Below, piece by piece: positions 24,303-37,553 of a stretch of 64,000 bases of DNA. Made by a program: the position numbers and the translations under genes. Position 1 is the first letter of the stretch. Each line of letters begins with the position of its first letter. The DNA comes from Mobula hypostoma (lineage: Eukaryota): positions 227,852,001-227,916,000 of the forward strand of contig NC_086097.1 in assembly GCF_963921235.1 (NCBI RefSeq), in the 5' to 3' direction. Below the pieces are notes generated by a model. That model saw only the letters and a list, made by a program, of their open reading frames with translations. It searched no databases and was not told where the DNA came from.

Positions 24303-27300
24303 GGATGATTCAGAGCAAGAAGGCTGCAAGTGAACGGCTGATTTTCGGAGCCAAGGCAGTTTTTACCACTTAGAGTAAAAGAGAGGCAAGACTGCGCAGG
24401 CGCGTGATACCAGCCAGTAGAGCGTGAAAGATTTAAAACGAAGACCGCCATATCCAGCAGGCAGCGTTCAGAGCGGGCAGCGGAGTGAGAGGCAGCAGGG
24501 TGATAGGGCTTTCACTCAACGGGCTTAGGAGGTAACTGGACAAGACGAGGTAGGTTTACCTGTGTTATTTGCGGAAAGAAGGAAGTATGTGTGTGAGGTC
24601 AGTTTTCTGTGCTCAGTGTCAGATGTGGGAGGTCCTGGAGTCTCCCAGCCTCCCAGACGGCCATATAGGCACCAGGTGTGTCGAGCTGCAGCTCCTAAGG
24701 GACTGAGTTAGGGAATTGGAGATGCAGCTCGATGACCTTCGCCTGGTCAGGGAGAGTGAGGAGGTGACAGAAAGGAGTTATAAGCAGATGCTCACACCGG
24801 GGCCACGGGAGGCAGACAAGTGGGTAACAGTCAGGAGGGGGAAGGGTAAGAGTCAGGTACTAGAGAGTATCCCTATGGTCGTCCCCCTTGACAATAAGTA
24901 CTCCTGTTTGAGTACTGTTGGTGGGGACAGCCTACCTGGGGTAAGCGACAGAGTCTGGCCTTGTGGCTCAGAAGGGTAGGGAAAGGAAGAGGAAGGCAGT
25001 AGTGTTAGGGGACTCTATAGTTAGGGGATCAGACCGGCGATTCTGTGGATGCAGGAAAGAAAAGCAGATGGTAGTTTGCCTCCCAGGTGCCAGGGTCTGG
25101 GAGGTTTCAGATTGCATTCAAGATATCCTGCGGTAGGAAGGAGAACAGCCAGAGGTCATGGTACATAATGGTACCAATGATATAGGCAGGAAAAGTGAAG
25201 AGGTCCTGAAAAAAGACTACAGGGAGTTAGGAAGGAAGTTGAGATACAGGACCGCAAAGGTAGTAATCTCAGGATTACTGCCTGTGCCATGCCACAGTGA
25301 GAATAGGAATAGAATGAAATGGAGAATAAATGTGTGGCTGAGGGATTGGAGCAGGGGGCAGGGATTCAGATTTCTAGATCATTGGGACTACTTTTGGGGA
25401 AGGTGTGACCTGTACAAAAAGGATGGGTTGTACTTGAATCTCGGGGGACCAATGTCTTGGCAGAGAGGTTTGCTAGGGCTACTGGGGAGAGTTTAACCTA
25501 GAATTGTTGAGGGGTTGGAACCAAACTGAAGAGACTGGGGAAGAGGAGGTTGGCTCACAAATAGAGAAAGCTTGTAGACAGTGCAAGAGGGAGGATAGGC
25601 AGGTGATAGAGAAGGGAAGCGCTCAGACTGGAGGTTTGAGATGTGTCTATTTTAACGCAAGGAATGTTGTGAACAAAGCGGATGAGCTTAGAGTGTGGAT
25701 CAGTACTTGGAGATATGATACGGTGGCCATTACAGAGACTTGGATGGTTCAGGGACAGGAATGGTTACTTCAAGTGCCGGGCTTTAGATGTTTCAGAAGG
25801 GACAGGGAGGAAGGCAAAAGAGGTGGGGGCATGGCACTGTTGATCAGAGATAGTGTCACAGCTGCAGAAAAGGTGGACGCCATGGACGGATTGTCTACGA
25901 AGTCTCTGTGGGTGGAGGTTAGGAACAGGAAGTGGTCAATAACTTTACTAGATGTTTTTTATAGGCTGCCCAATAGTAACAGGGATATCGAGGAGCAGAT
26001 AGGGAAACAGATCCTGGAAAGTTGTAATAATAACAGAGTTGTCATGGTGGGAGATTCTAATTTCTCAAATATTGATTGGCATCTCCCTACGTTTAGATGG
26101 GGTGGAGTATGTTAGGTGTGTTCAGGAAGGTTTTTTTGACACAATATGTAGATAAGCCTACAAGAGGAGAGGCTGTACTTGATTTGGTATTGGGAAGTAA
26201 ACCTGGTTAGGTGTCAGTGGGAGAGCATTTTGGAGATAGTGATCATAATCCGATCTCCTTTACAATAGCATTGGAGAGAGATAGGAACAGACAAGTTAGA
26301 AAAGTGTTTAATTGGAGTAAGGGGAATTATGAGGCTATTGGGCAGGAAATTGGAAGCTTAAATTGGAAACGGATGTTCTCAGGGAAAAGTATGGAAGAAA
26401 TGTGGCAAGTATTCAGGGGATATTTGTGTGAAGTTCTGCATAGGTATATTCCAATGAGACAGGGAAGTTATGGTGGGGTACAGGAACCGTGGTGTACAAA
26501 GGCTGTAATAAGTCTAGTCAAGAAGAAAAGAAAAGCTTACAAAAGGTTCAGAAAGCTAGGTAATATTAGAGATCTAGAAGATTATAAGGCAAGTAGGAAG
26601 GAACTTAAGAAGGAAATTAGGAGATCCAGAAGGGGCCATGAGAAGGCCTTGGCAGGCAGGATTAAGGAAAACCCCAAGACATTCTACAAGTATGTGAAGA
26701 GCAAGAGGATAAGATGTGAAAGAATAGGACCTATCAAGTGTGACAGTGGGAAAGTATGTATGGAACCAGAGGAAATAGCAGAGGTACTAAATGAATACTT
26801 TACTTCACTATTCACTATGGAAAAAGATCTTGGTGATTATAGTGATGATTTGCAGCAGACTGAAAAGCTTGAGCATGTAGATATAAAGAAAGAGGATGTG
26901 CTGAAGCTTTTGAAAGCATCAAGTTGGATAAGTTGCCAGGACTGGATGGGATGTACCCCAGGCTACTATGGGAGGCAAGGGAGGAGATTGCTGAGCCTCT
27001 GGCGATGATCTTTGCATCATCAATGGGGACGGGAGAGGTTCCGGAGGCTTGGAGGGTTGCGAATGTTGTTCCTTTATTCAAGAAAGGGAGTAGAGATATC
27101 CCAGGAAATTATAGACCAGTGAGTCTTAACTCCATCGAGCTAGCAAATTGACCTCTTAAAAAAGAAATTGCCAGCTGCAGAAACATCAACAGCTTGACGG
27201 CCTATGCTCCCCGTGAGTTTAAATGGCAACTTGTTTTTTGTGTCTTACCTCAGTGGTTGGTAAGTTGATGGAGAAGATCCTGAGAGGCAGGATTTATGAA

Positions 27301-28588
27301 AATTTGGAGAGGTAGCATGGCTTTGTCAAGGGCAAGTCATGCCTTACAAGCCTGATTGAATTTTTGAGGATGTGACTAAACACATTGATGAAGGTAGAGC
27401 AGTAGATGTAGTGTATATGGATTTCAGCAAGGCATTTGATAAGGTACTCCATGCAAGGCTTATTGAGAAAGTAAGGAGGCATGGGATCCAAGGGGACATT
27501 GCTTTGTGGATCCAGAACTGGCTTGCCCACAGAAAGCAAAGAGTGGTTGTAGACGGGTCATATTCCGCATGGAGGTCGGTCACCAGTGGAGTACCTCAGG
27601 GATCTGTTCTGGGACCTTTACTCTTCGTGATTTTTATAAATGACCTGGATGAGGAAATGGAGGGATGGTTTAGTAAGTTTGCTGATGATACAAAGGTTGG
27701 AGGTGTGGATAGTGTGGCGGGCTGTCAGAAGTTACAGCAGGACATTGATAGGATGCAAAACTGGGCTGAGAAGTGGCAGATGGAGTTCAACCCAGATAAG
27801 TGTGAGGTTGGTCATTTTGGTAAGTCAAATATGATGGCAGAATATAGTATTAATGGTAAGACTCTTGGCAGTGTGGAGGAACGGAGGGATCTTGGGATCC
27901 TAGTCCATAGGACGCTCAAAGCAGCTGCGCAGGTTGACCCTGTGGTTAAGAAGGTGTATGGTGTATTGGCCTTCATCAATCGTGGAATTGAATTTAGGAG
28001 CCGAGAGGTAATGTTGCAGCTACATAGGACCCTGGTCAGACCCCACTTGGAGTACTGTGCTCAGTTCTGGTTGCGCTCACTACAGGAAGGATGTGGAAGC
28101 CATAGAAAGGGTGCAGAGGAGATTTACAAGGATGTTGCCTGGATTGGGGAGCATGCCTTATGAGAATAGGTTGAGTGAACTCAGCCTTTTCTCGTCGGAG
28201 CTACGGAGGATGAGAGGTGACCTGATAGATGTGTATAAGATGATTTGAGGCATTGATCGTGTGGATAGTCAGAGGCTTTTTCCCAGGGCTGAATTGGCTG
28301 CCACAAGAGGACACAGGTTTAAGGTGCTGGGAGCAGTTACAGAGGAGATGTCAGGGGTAAGTTTTTTACTCAGAGAGTGGTGAGTTCATGGAATAGGGCG
28401 TGGGCAACGGTGGTGGAGGTGGATACGATAGGGCCTTTTAAGAGACTTTTGGATAGGTACATGGAGCTTAGTAAAATAGAGGGCTATAGGTAAGCCTAGT
28501 AATTTCTAAGGTAGGGACATGTTCGGCACAACTTTGTGGGCCGAAGGGCCTGTATTGTGCTGTAGGTTTTCTATATTTCTATGTTTCT
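24303..28588 (+). mobile_element. Near-full-length CR1 LINE B (ORF1 with esterase domain; ORF2 APE and RT), frameshifted
   Basis: GDSIVRG and VHNGTNDIG esterase motifs; CVYFNARN, ITETW, GDSDH (APE); RT motifs; (TTTCTATG)-like tail; AGAGT at 24298-24302 and 28589-28593. Confidence 0.95.
27133..27241. mobile_element. 109-bp insertion inside the CR1-B RT
   Basis: Flanked by GTCTTAACTC / GTCTTACCTC; CR1 motif RPVSLTSVVGK rejoins across it; partly similar to 38440-38530. Confidence 0.7.
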
Positions 28589-28769
28589 AGAGTTCATGGA
28601 CAGGAGACTGGTAGCCAGAGCACAGACAGATTCTATGGACGGGAGACTGGTAGCCAAAGCATAGACAGAGTCTATGGATGGGAGACTGGTAACTAGAGCG
28701 TAGCTAGAGGCCATGGACAGGAGAGTGGTAACCAGAGTGCAGACAGAGTGCACAGCAGCTGGACTGGTT

Positions 28770-31700
28770 TGTTAGAGCTGTTGGGGAGGGTTTAAACTAA
28801 TGGCAGGGGTGTGGGAACCAGAGTGAAGGGACTCAGGAAAGGACAGATGGTAAAAAAGTAAAGATAGCGTGCAGTCAGATTGTCAGGAAGGGCAGGCAAG
28901 TGATGGGACTAGTTGTAGCCAACAGGCTGAGTATCAAATCATTAGGGATGCAGAATCAGGAAGGATAGCATATACGGTACTCAAGGTGTTGTATCTAAAT
29001 GCGCGTAGTATAAGGAATAAGGTGGATGATCTTGTTGCAATATTACAGATTGCCAGGTATGATGTTGTGGCCATCACTGAATCATGGCTGAAGGATGGTT
29101 GTAGTTAGGAGCTGAATGTCCAAGGTTACACATTATATCAGAAGGACAGGAAGGTAGGCAGACGGGGTAGTGTTGCTCTACTGGTAAAGAATAGCATCAA
29201 ATCAACAAAAATATGTGACATAGGATCGGAAGATGTTGAATCCTTGTGGGATGAGTTCAGAAACTTCAAGGGTAAAAGGATGTTGATGGCAGTTATATAC
29301 AGGCCTCCCAACAGTGGCTGGGAGGTGGACCACAGGTTACAACAGGAAATAGAAAAGGTGAGTCAAAAGGGCAATGTTATGGTAGTCATGGGAGATTTTA
29401 ACATGCAGGTCGATTGGGAAAATTGGGTTGGAAATGGATCTCAAGAGAGTGAGTTTGTTGAATGCCTAGGAGATAGCTTTTTAGAGCAGTTTATCGTTGA
29501 GCCTACTAGGAGATCAGCTATACTGAATTGGGTGTTACATAATGAACCAGAGGCGACTAGGGAGCTCAAGGTAAAAGAACCCTTAGGAACCAGTGATCAC
29601 AATATGATTGTGTTCAATTTGAAATTTGATAGGGGGAAAGTAAAGTCTGATGTAGCAGTATTTCAGTGGAGTAAGGGAAATTACAGTGGTATGAGAGAGG
29701 AGTAGCCCAAAGTAAACTGGAAGGAGTTGCTGGCAGGGATATCAGCAGGGCAGCAATGGCATGGTTTCTGGGAAAAATGAGGCAGGTGCAGGACATGTGT
29801 ATTCCAAAAATGAAGAATTACTCAAATGGTAAAATAGTACAACTGTGGTTGACAGGGAAAGTCAAAGCTATTGTAAAAGCAAAAGTAAGGGCATACAAGA
29901 AAGCAAAAATTAGTGGGAAAATAGAGGATTGGGAAGTTTTTAAAAACCTACAAAGAGCAATGAAAAAAAATCATTAGAAGGTTAAAGATGAAAGCAAGCT
30001 AGCATATAATATCAAAGTAGATAGTAAAAGTTTTTTACAAGTTTGTTAAAAATAAAAGAGAAATGAAAGTGGATATAGGACTGCTAGAAAATGGAGCAGG
30101 AGAAATAATAATGGGGGACAAGGAGATGGCTGATGAACTAATTGAGTATTTTGCGTCAGTCTTCACTGTGGAAGACACTAGCAGTATGCCTGATGTTGTA
30201 GTGTGTGAAGGAAGAGAAGTGGGCGCAGTTACTGCTCCAAGAGAGAAGGGGCTCAAAAAGCTGAAAGACCTAGAAGTACACAAGTCACCCGGACCAGACG
30301 AACTGCACCCTCGGGCTCTGAAAGAGGTAGCGTTAGAGATTGTGCTGGCATTAGAAATGATCTTTCAAAAATCATTGGACTCTGGCATGGTGCCAGAGGA
30401 CTGGAAAATTGCAAATGTTACTCCATTTTTTAAGAAAGGAAGAAGGCGGCAGAAAAGAAATTATAGACCAGTTAGCCTGACCTCAGTGGTTGGGACGATG
30501 TCAGAGTCAATTGTTAAGGTTGAGGTGATGGAGTACTTGCTGACACAGGACAAGATAGTACAAAGTCAGCATGGTTTCCTTCAGGGAAAATCCTGCTTGA
30601 TGAACCTGTTGGAATTCTTTGAGGAGATTACAAGTAGGATAGATAAAGGGGATGCAGTGGAGGTTGTATATTTGGACTTTCAGCAGGCCTTTGACAAGGT
30701 GCCACACATGAGACTGCTTACCAAGTTAAGAGCCCATGGTATTATAGGAAAGTTACTAACATGGTTCGAGCATTGGCTGATTGATAGGAGGCAGCAAATG
30801 GGAATAAAAGGATGCTTTGCTGGTTGGCTACTAGTGACTAGTGGTGTTCTGCAGGGTTCAGTGTTGGGACCACTTCTTTTTATGCTGTATATAAATGATT
30901 TAGATGATGGAATAGATGGCTTTGTTGCCAAGTTTGCAGGTGATATGAAGATTGGTGGAGGGGCAGGTAATGTTAAGGAAACAGGTAGGTTACAGAAGGA
31001 CTTAGACGGATTAGGAGAATGGGCAAGAAAGTGGCAAATGAAATAGAATGTTGGAAAATGCATGGTTATGCACTTTGGCAGTAGAAATAAATGTGCGGAC
31101 TATTTTCTAAACTGGGAGAAAGTCCAGGAATCTGAGGTGCAGAGGAACTTGGGAGTCCTTGTGCAAAACACCTTGAAGGTTAACTTGCAGGTTTAGTTGG
31201 TGGTGAGGAAGACAAATGCCATGTTAGCATTCATTTCAAGAGGTCTAGAATACAAGAGCAAGGATGTGATGCTGAGGCTTTATAAGATACTGGTGAGACC
31301 TCACCTTGAGTATTATGAACAGTTTTGGGCCCCTCATCCTAGAAAAGATGTGTTGGCATTGGCGAGGGTCCAGAGGAGGTTCCCAAGGATGATTCCAGGA
31401 ATGAAAAGGTTATCATACGAGGAATATTTGATGGATCTGGGTCTGTACTTGCTAGAATTCAGAAGGATGAGGGGGGATCTCATGGAAACCTTTCGAATGT
31501 TGAAAGGCCTAGACAGAGTAGATGTGGAAAGGATGTTTCCCATGGTGCTAGAGCCTAGGACAAGAGGGCACAGCCTTAGGATAGAGGGGCTCCCTTTCAT
31601 AACAGAGAAGTGGAGAGATTTCTTTAGCCAAAGGGTGATAAATTTGTGGAATTTGTTGACACATTCAGCTGTGGAGGCCAGGTCGTTGGGTGTATTTAAG

Positions 31701-31867
31701 ACAGAGATTGACAGGTTCTTGATTGGACATAGCATCAAAGGTTATGAGGAGAAGGCCGGGAACTGGGGCTGAGGAGGAGATAGAAAAAAAGTATCAGCCA
31801 TGATTGAATGGCGCAGCAGACTTGATGGGCCAGATGGCCTAATTCTGCTCCTATGTCTTATGGTCTT
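28770..31867 (+). mobile_element. CR1 LINE C (complete but decayed ORF2, different family)
   Basis: LYLNARSIRNK, ITESW, IYRPP, GTSDH and RT motifs; tail CCTATGTCTTATGGTCTT. Confidence 0.95.
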
Positions 31868-32381
31868 GCTACCGTTACAAATTACTGCCACGAAATAACT
31901 GACAGTCCACTACATATGATTAAAGGAATTATACTTATGAATCTTAACTTAAGGGTTAGTAAAGAAAAACAAAAAGAAAAGGGCCCATTTTAATTAAACA
32001 GTCAAATGTGCACAAGTTGTGGCTCATTTTGAACTTCTCGGTCACTCCTGCACTGGGCCCTCGGTCTGCGTGAAAGCACACACCACCTCCTGAATGTCGG
32101 TCGCAATCAATCTTGAACAAATGGGTCTCCCACCGGGTCGAATCCTACAACCAGTTCTCCCCAGCATCTTCTCTCTTCATCTCCCATCAAACAAAAACAC
32201 CAAGACCAACCTTAGTGTCCTTCACCAGTTCCGGCATCCTAATTGGATGGCACACATTCTTCATCATCCCTCATCTTCAACAATAACCCAAACAGGCTGA
32301 AAGCAGAACAGACTGCTCTTACAGAACTGCTAAATGAAATACCTACAGCATAACAGTAAAGATCTGAACCAGGGCAATACA
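31868..32381 (-). mobile_element. Solo LTR truncated at the CR1-C tail
   Basis: Colinear with ~988-1496. Confidence 0.8.
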
Positions 32382-32406
32382 CTATTGTGAGTGTTTCCTA
32401 ATGAGT

Positions 32407-32822
32407 TATGGCTATCCCTCGAGGTCGAGGATGATGGTCTTCATTCTGAAGAAGTGGCCCACAGAGTGAAGACGCCTGTGCATGTATTTGTTTAATGTGT
32501 ACTTGATGTTGCACTCCAAGAATCACACAATACTTCACAAATCAACCAACTGATTCCAATGGCATGGAAACCACGACGATTGGAGCTGATGGATTTGTTG
32601 CAGCCTTCATCTGCCTTCACAGCTGTTAAGTTTGAAGTAACTTCGTCCGCCTGTTCCACCATTGGGGTCTTGGTTGGATTGTTCTTTGTCAGGGACCTCA
32701 CCCTCAACCTTACCGCCATGGGTGACCCTACCAGGAGCATAGCTCCAGACGGCATTGCTCTCGGGATCACAGGACCACACAAGCTTCTCCACCACGACAA
32801 GGTGACAATCCACGGAGAAGAA
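32407..32822 (-). mobile_element. Bipartite RTE-derived non-autonomous element
   Basis: TAATGAGT TSD (32399-32406, 32823-32830); minus 5' end has CACCTTGTCGTGGTG, recalled as typical of RTE 5' UTRs; RTE-like 3' end; no RT. Confidence 0.7.
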
Positions 32823-33121
32823 TAATGAGTGCTACTTCACTTGAAGAACTTAGACTTCCACAGAATAAACATCTACTGTGAGAGTCACTGTTGATGTGGA
32901 CTGTGGCATACAGATCTCATTGACATATTTTGGGAGATCAAAACTTCCTTCCACTTTTGCTGGACCTTGTGGGAATCCTCACTCCTGAAGGAAGATGTAG
33001 TTATCTTCAGACAAGCCCCTCAATGTGTACCTGGTGAATCTCCTGCCCAACCTCACCATTGCTTTCCCCATTTCTCCATCCATTCTTCCATTTAACATTC
33101 TGAGCAGAATTGTTTATCCCT

Positions 33122-33178
33122 TTAGTCATTGTCATAGTCATAGTCATACTTTATTGATCCCGGGGGAGATTGGTTTTT
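33122..33178 (-). mobile_element. Extreme 3' tip of a Rex1 LINE
   Basis: Reverse complement of 4855-4910 (AATAAAGT plus GACTAT tail). Confidence 0.8.
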
Positions 33179-34016
33179 AATTGAATATGGAAGTCTATTT
33201 TCACTTCCCCTGCAGCCTCCACAGCCCCCTTTTCAAATATCTGTTGCTAGTGGCTTGCTTCCAAGAGAATGTGCCTTTAAGGAGTGATGGCTTTCCCTGA
33301 GTGAGATCCAGTCAGGAATCATGGAGTTTCTGTCACAGTGCTGGTTTCTGAGTTTATACCCACCAATACAAACTAGATTTTGACCATTTCATTGATTTTT
33401 TTTTCACACGGCTTCCATGGGCATTGGTTCTCAACATACCATAACACACCAAGTATAGGGGCAATCCAGTTTCTAATTAAGTATGTTGAGAGGAGACTAG
33501 GAAAAGTTAATGAGGTTTCCAGAGTGGAACTAATGCAATATCTGCTATGACCACTTCCTCTCTAGTGCACAGTGGAAGAGAAATTGCATGTTCCAGTGTC
33601 CAGATTACAAGACAAATGGATGAGGGATGGGGGTGAAAAATGTAAAAATCATTGGAGATATGAAGCCCACTGAATGTTACGCTCATGTTCACTTCAATGA
33701 AACTAACTGTTTCAAAACCCGATTTTACAATTCAATCTCAGAGGACATTAAATCAGACCTTTTCTTTATGGTTCATGACGAGCACATTAGAAATACTTCT
33801 CAGATAGAAGCTTCATGGAATACCATGTACCATGATCTTTAATTCTACTGCGGTCATTGTAGTATTGCTTATCTTGTTCTATCAACCAAGATTAACTTTG
33901 CTTCACTTCACTCCTATTTATATTCAAGCTCTCAAAGTTTGACACTTGCAAAACTACTTTTTATATTTTTGAGCATAAGAACTTTCCTTCAGATAGACCT
34001 GCTGTAATTGCTGTGG

Positions 34017-34140
34017 TCAAAGCTCAATATTTGTTGGTGGCCAGGAACCCAGAACTTTGAGATTTATGATGTAGGTAAAAGCCCAGTTGTTCCTCAGTGC
34101 TGACGCAGAAACATCTTCACATCGAATCACACTTGTATAT
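34017..34140 (-). other. Candidate exon (unverified)
   Basis: Acceptor CTTTCTTTATCTCCAG; open frame YTSVIRCEDVSASALRNNWAFTYIINLKVLGSWPPTNIEL*; repeat-poor context; no homology recognised. Confidence 0.3.
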
Positions 34141-35394
34141 CTGGAGATAAAGAAAGTTTACCAAAATGCTATTATAATAATGATCAACCAAATAATGTTA
34201 ATATATTGGCTTGGTGCAGATTTGATATTTTCTCATTTTTGTTTGCTATCCTCAGCTTTATAGAAGAACTATAGAGCTGCCAGAATGTTTCATGAAATAA
34301 AGTTCAAACTAAAGTTCCTAAGAATGAAATATTGGATAGTGACAGATTTCTGTGCTTTCAGGGAAACTGCAATGGAAAGACCTTGTACCTTAATTCAAGA
34401 GTCTGTGGAGCCATTTTTAGATTTTCCACAAATTCAGTGAAGCCAGCAATCCAGTGAAGCAGGAAATAAGAGTGGGATTCAAGTGATAACATAACTACAG
34501 CACTTAAAAGAGCAATTGGCTCATGAACAGAAACAGGTTTGAGAAGTAACAAGAAAAATCAATCCAATGGTAAGGCACCATGATCATATTTACTGTCACT
34601 GATATATTTTCATACTCAAATGTCTTATTGGAATTTGGGTTTACCTGATAATTGAACAGTATTTATTAGCCATGATGATAAAATGAGTAGGTTGCAGAAA
34701 AGCAGTGTCAGAATTGAATATGTGTTCATCTTAAAATCAATTTTAACTCTGATAATCTTCTATGGTATTCCATAAAAATGTTAAATTCTAATTCATGGTG
34801 TACATGCTACAAAGGAAATACCAAGTATATTGTATAATTACAGTTGAAGCTAAAAGAACAGTGGAAAATTGAAACTAAGCAGCCCCAATGATTATTTTCC
34901 ACCTGCTAAATGAATTTTCACTGGTCTTGACTCCCTTTGCATTTCAGCTGTTAGAAAGGTTAAAGAGCGCATTACCTTTTTAATTGGTTAGGTGTCTGTA
35001 TTGTCAATTGGTTCTTGAACTCTTGCTGATTGGAAAGGGCTCAGATAATAGGCATCTTTAAATAAAGCACATTTAGAATATAAAACATTAATTTATATTA
35101 ACTCAATATAATTTATGTAACAGTAAAATAATATGTCTGGCATTAGTTGTAGATAGGAAAATAGATTACTTTGATTCATGAGGACTAACAGAAAACACCT
35201 TGAGGAATATTTATATATTTTCCATACAAAGAAAGTATTTTTTAGAATAACTTGGTAAGCTTTCAGGGAAGAATGAATTCTGTACTGCAAAATTAATACT
35301 CACCACTTTTTTAATGGCAATTTCAATGGTGAGCTTACTAGTAAATCAAATTTCTGAAGGGGGAAGCCAATATGTTCTGTAAAAAGGCTTTAGA

Positions 35395-36460
35395 GTATAA
35401 GAAAATAAGAAGTGGAAGCAGGATGGGCCACATAGCCCCTTCACCCTGTGCCACCATTTAGAAGTATTGTGCATGATTCCATTTTGGCTTCAGCTTCACT
35501 TTTTTGCCTGTTTCCCAGAAGTATTGAGATACCTGTAGACAAAAGACTGCATCTCTTGGATTTGAGCATGTTCTAAACTTCTGTTTCCTCAGCTCTCTAG
35601 AGAAGTTGGTCAAACGTGGACTGTTTTCTCTGGACCATCAGCAGCCTGAGAGAAGTATATAAATAAATTCAAATGGATGGGGTAGACTGTCAGAGTCTTA
35701 ACTTTTCCAAGGCTAGAGGACATGGGTTTATGGTGAGGGGGAAAAGCTTAACAGAAATTTATGAGGCAAGATTTTTTACACAGAGATCAGTTTGTTCCAG
35801 GAAGCCAGAGGAAAGAGGTTGAACCAAATACAATAGCAGTTTTAGGTAATAGACAGTAGGGAATAGAGGAGAGCTTCTATCCAACTGTTATCAGACTCTT
35901 GAACAATAAGATGTCCTCTTGACCTCAAATCTAGCTCTTGAACTTTAATTGTTTACCTACAGTAAACTTTCTCTACAGCTCCTTCACTTTATTCTGTATT
36001 GTTATTGTTTTACCTTGTTCCACTGTGTAATCACCTGATCTGTATGAACAATATGCAAGACAAGTTTTTCACTATAACTTAATGCATGTGCCAATATTAA
36101 ACCAATGCCAATATTGCAGGCAAATGGAATTTATTTAGTTTGATATTGATGGGCCCAGATATGGCAGGCCGATTAGCCTGTTTCTGTAATGTACCTTTCT
36201 AGGGTCAATGTTCTACTTTAAAGGCTGACTTTACGCCGCCTGCTTCCAAATTCCATTATGAAGGGAAACATCTGCTCAGTATCTACCTTGGCAAACCCAC
36301 TCTGCATCTTACATACCTCAATAAAAATCACCTCTCTTTCTTTTAATCTCAGTAAGTCTGGGTCCAATCTGCTCATCTCATCCTCACAAATCAATCCTTT
36401 CATCCCAGGAGGCAACCTCTGAAATGTTCCAATACAAGTATATCCCTCTTTAAATAGAAA
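35395..36460. mobile_element. Cluster of old CR1 3' fragments and a Rex1-type 3' end
   Basis: Degenerate matches to CR1 3' coding DNA in both orientations (e.g. ORF 36218-36415) and a CCAATA-type tail near 36100. Confidence 0.6.
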
Positions 36461-36470
36461 ACGTACAAAA

Positions 36471-37553
36471 TACGCTTGGTGGCCACTTTATTAGGTACTT
36501 CTTGTACCTAATAAAGTGGCCACTGGGTGCATGTTTGTGATCTTCCGATGCTGTAGCCTATCCAATTCAAGGTTCAATGTGTTGTGCATATACAGATGCT
36601 CTTCAGCACGCCATTGTTGCAACGTGTGGTTATTTGATTTACTGTCACCTTCCTGTCAGCTTGAATCAGTCTGGCCATTCTCCTTTGACTTTTCTCATTA
36701 ACAAGGCATTTTCCCCCACAGACAGGCTCTTGACAGGTGTCCGGAAGAGGACCATATTACTTTTATCCTGGCCTCTCTCCACTGGCTACCAGTACGGTTT
36801 AGAATTGATTTTAAGGTTCTCCTGTTTGTTTATACAGCCCTAAATGGGCTGGCCCTCTCCTATATCGCAGACCTTCTAACCCCTTATTCTACTTCTAGGT
36901 CCCTCAGGTCGGCTGACTTGGGGCTCCTGGCTGTCCCGCGATCTAAGTTTAGGTTCAGGGGTGACCGCATCTTTGCTGTTGTAGCCCCTAGACTGTGGAA
37001 CAGCATTCCCCTTCCTATCAGATCTGCCCCTTCCATTGACCCTTTTAAGTCCAGGCTCAAAACTTACCTTTATTCACTAGTGTTTGAATCTTCCTGATGT
37101 GGCTGATTTTTGGCTTGTGCCTAGGCTCATGTGTTGTCTATTTTTTGCCTACAAGTTGTGTGCTTTGTTGTTCATATCTGTGTTTCTTGTATTTGTGATT
37201 TTAGCTACCTGTTATGGTTTGTACAGCACTTTGGTCAACATCCGTTGTTTTTAAATGCACTTTATAAATAAATATGACTTGACGTGACTTGACTTGACAT
37301 TCTTTTTAAACTCTGGAGACTGCTGTGCTTGAAAATCCCAGGAGATCAAACCAGCCCATCTGGCACCAATAATCATTCCACAGTCAAAGTCACTTAGATC
37401 ACATTTCTTCCCCATTCTGATGTTTGGTCTGAACCTCATCACCATGTCTGCATGCTTTTATGCATTGAGTTGCTGCCACGTGATTGGCTGATGAGCTATT
37501 TGCATTAATGGACAGATGTACAGGCGGACCTATTAAAGTGACTACTGGATGTG
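36471..37553 (-). mobile_element. Tc1-derived element with terminal palindrome, interrupted by L2
   Basis: GTGGCCACTTTATTAGGTAC..GTACCTAATAAAGTGGCCAC; ORF 37251-37445 DLSDFDCGMIIGAR. Confidence 0.8.
36722..37299 (+). mobile_element. L2 LINE 3' end
   Basis: Encodes DHITFILASLHWLPVRFRIDFKVLL; AATAAA plus (GACTT)n tail. Confidence 0.85.

Larger units (their letters stand above)
24261..28750 (+). repeat. 39-bp minisatellite (1 unit plus 4 units) split by CR1-B
   Basis: Unit ~AGTCTATGGATGGGAGACTGGTAGCCAGAGTGTAGACAG at 24261, 28591, 28630, 28669, 28708. Confidence 0.9.

Noticed and set aside
28591..28750. 39-bp repeats as a CRISPR array
   Set aside because: Units are contiguous and degenerate with no unique spacers; eukaryotic context; no cas genes.
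24716..31772. Long RT/endonuclease ORFs as functional genes
   Set aside because: Fragments of CR1 ORF1/ORF2 broken by stops, frameshifts and an insertion.
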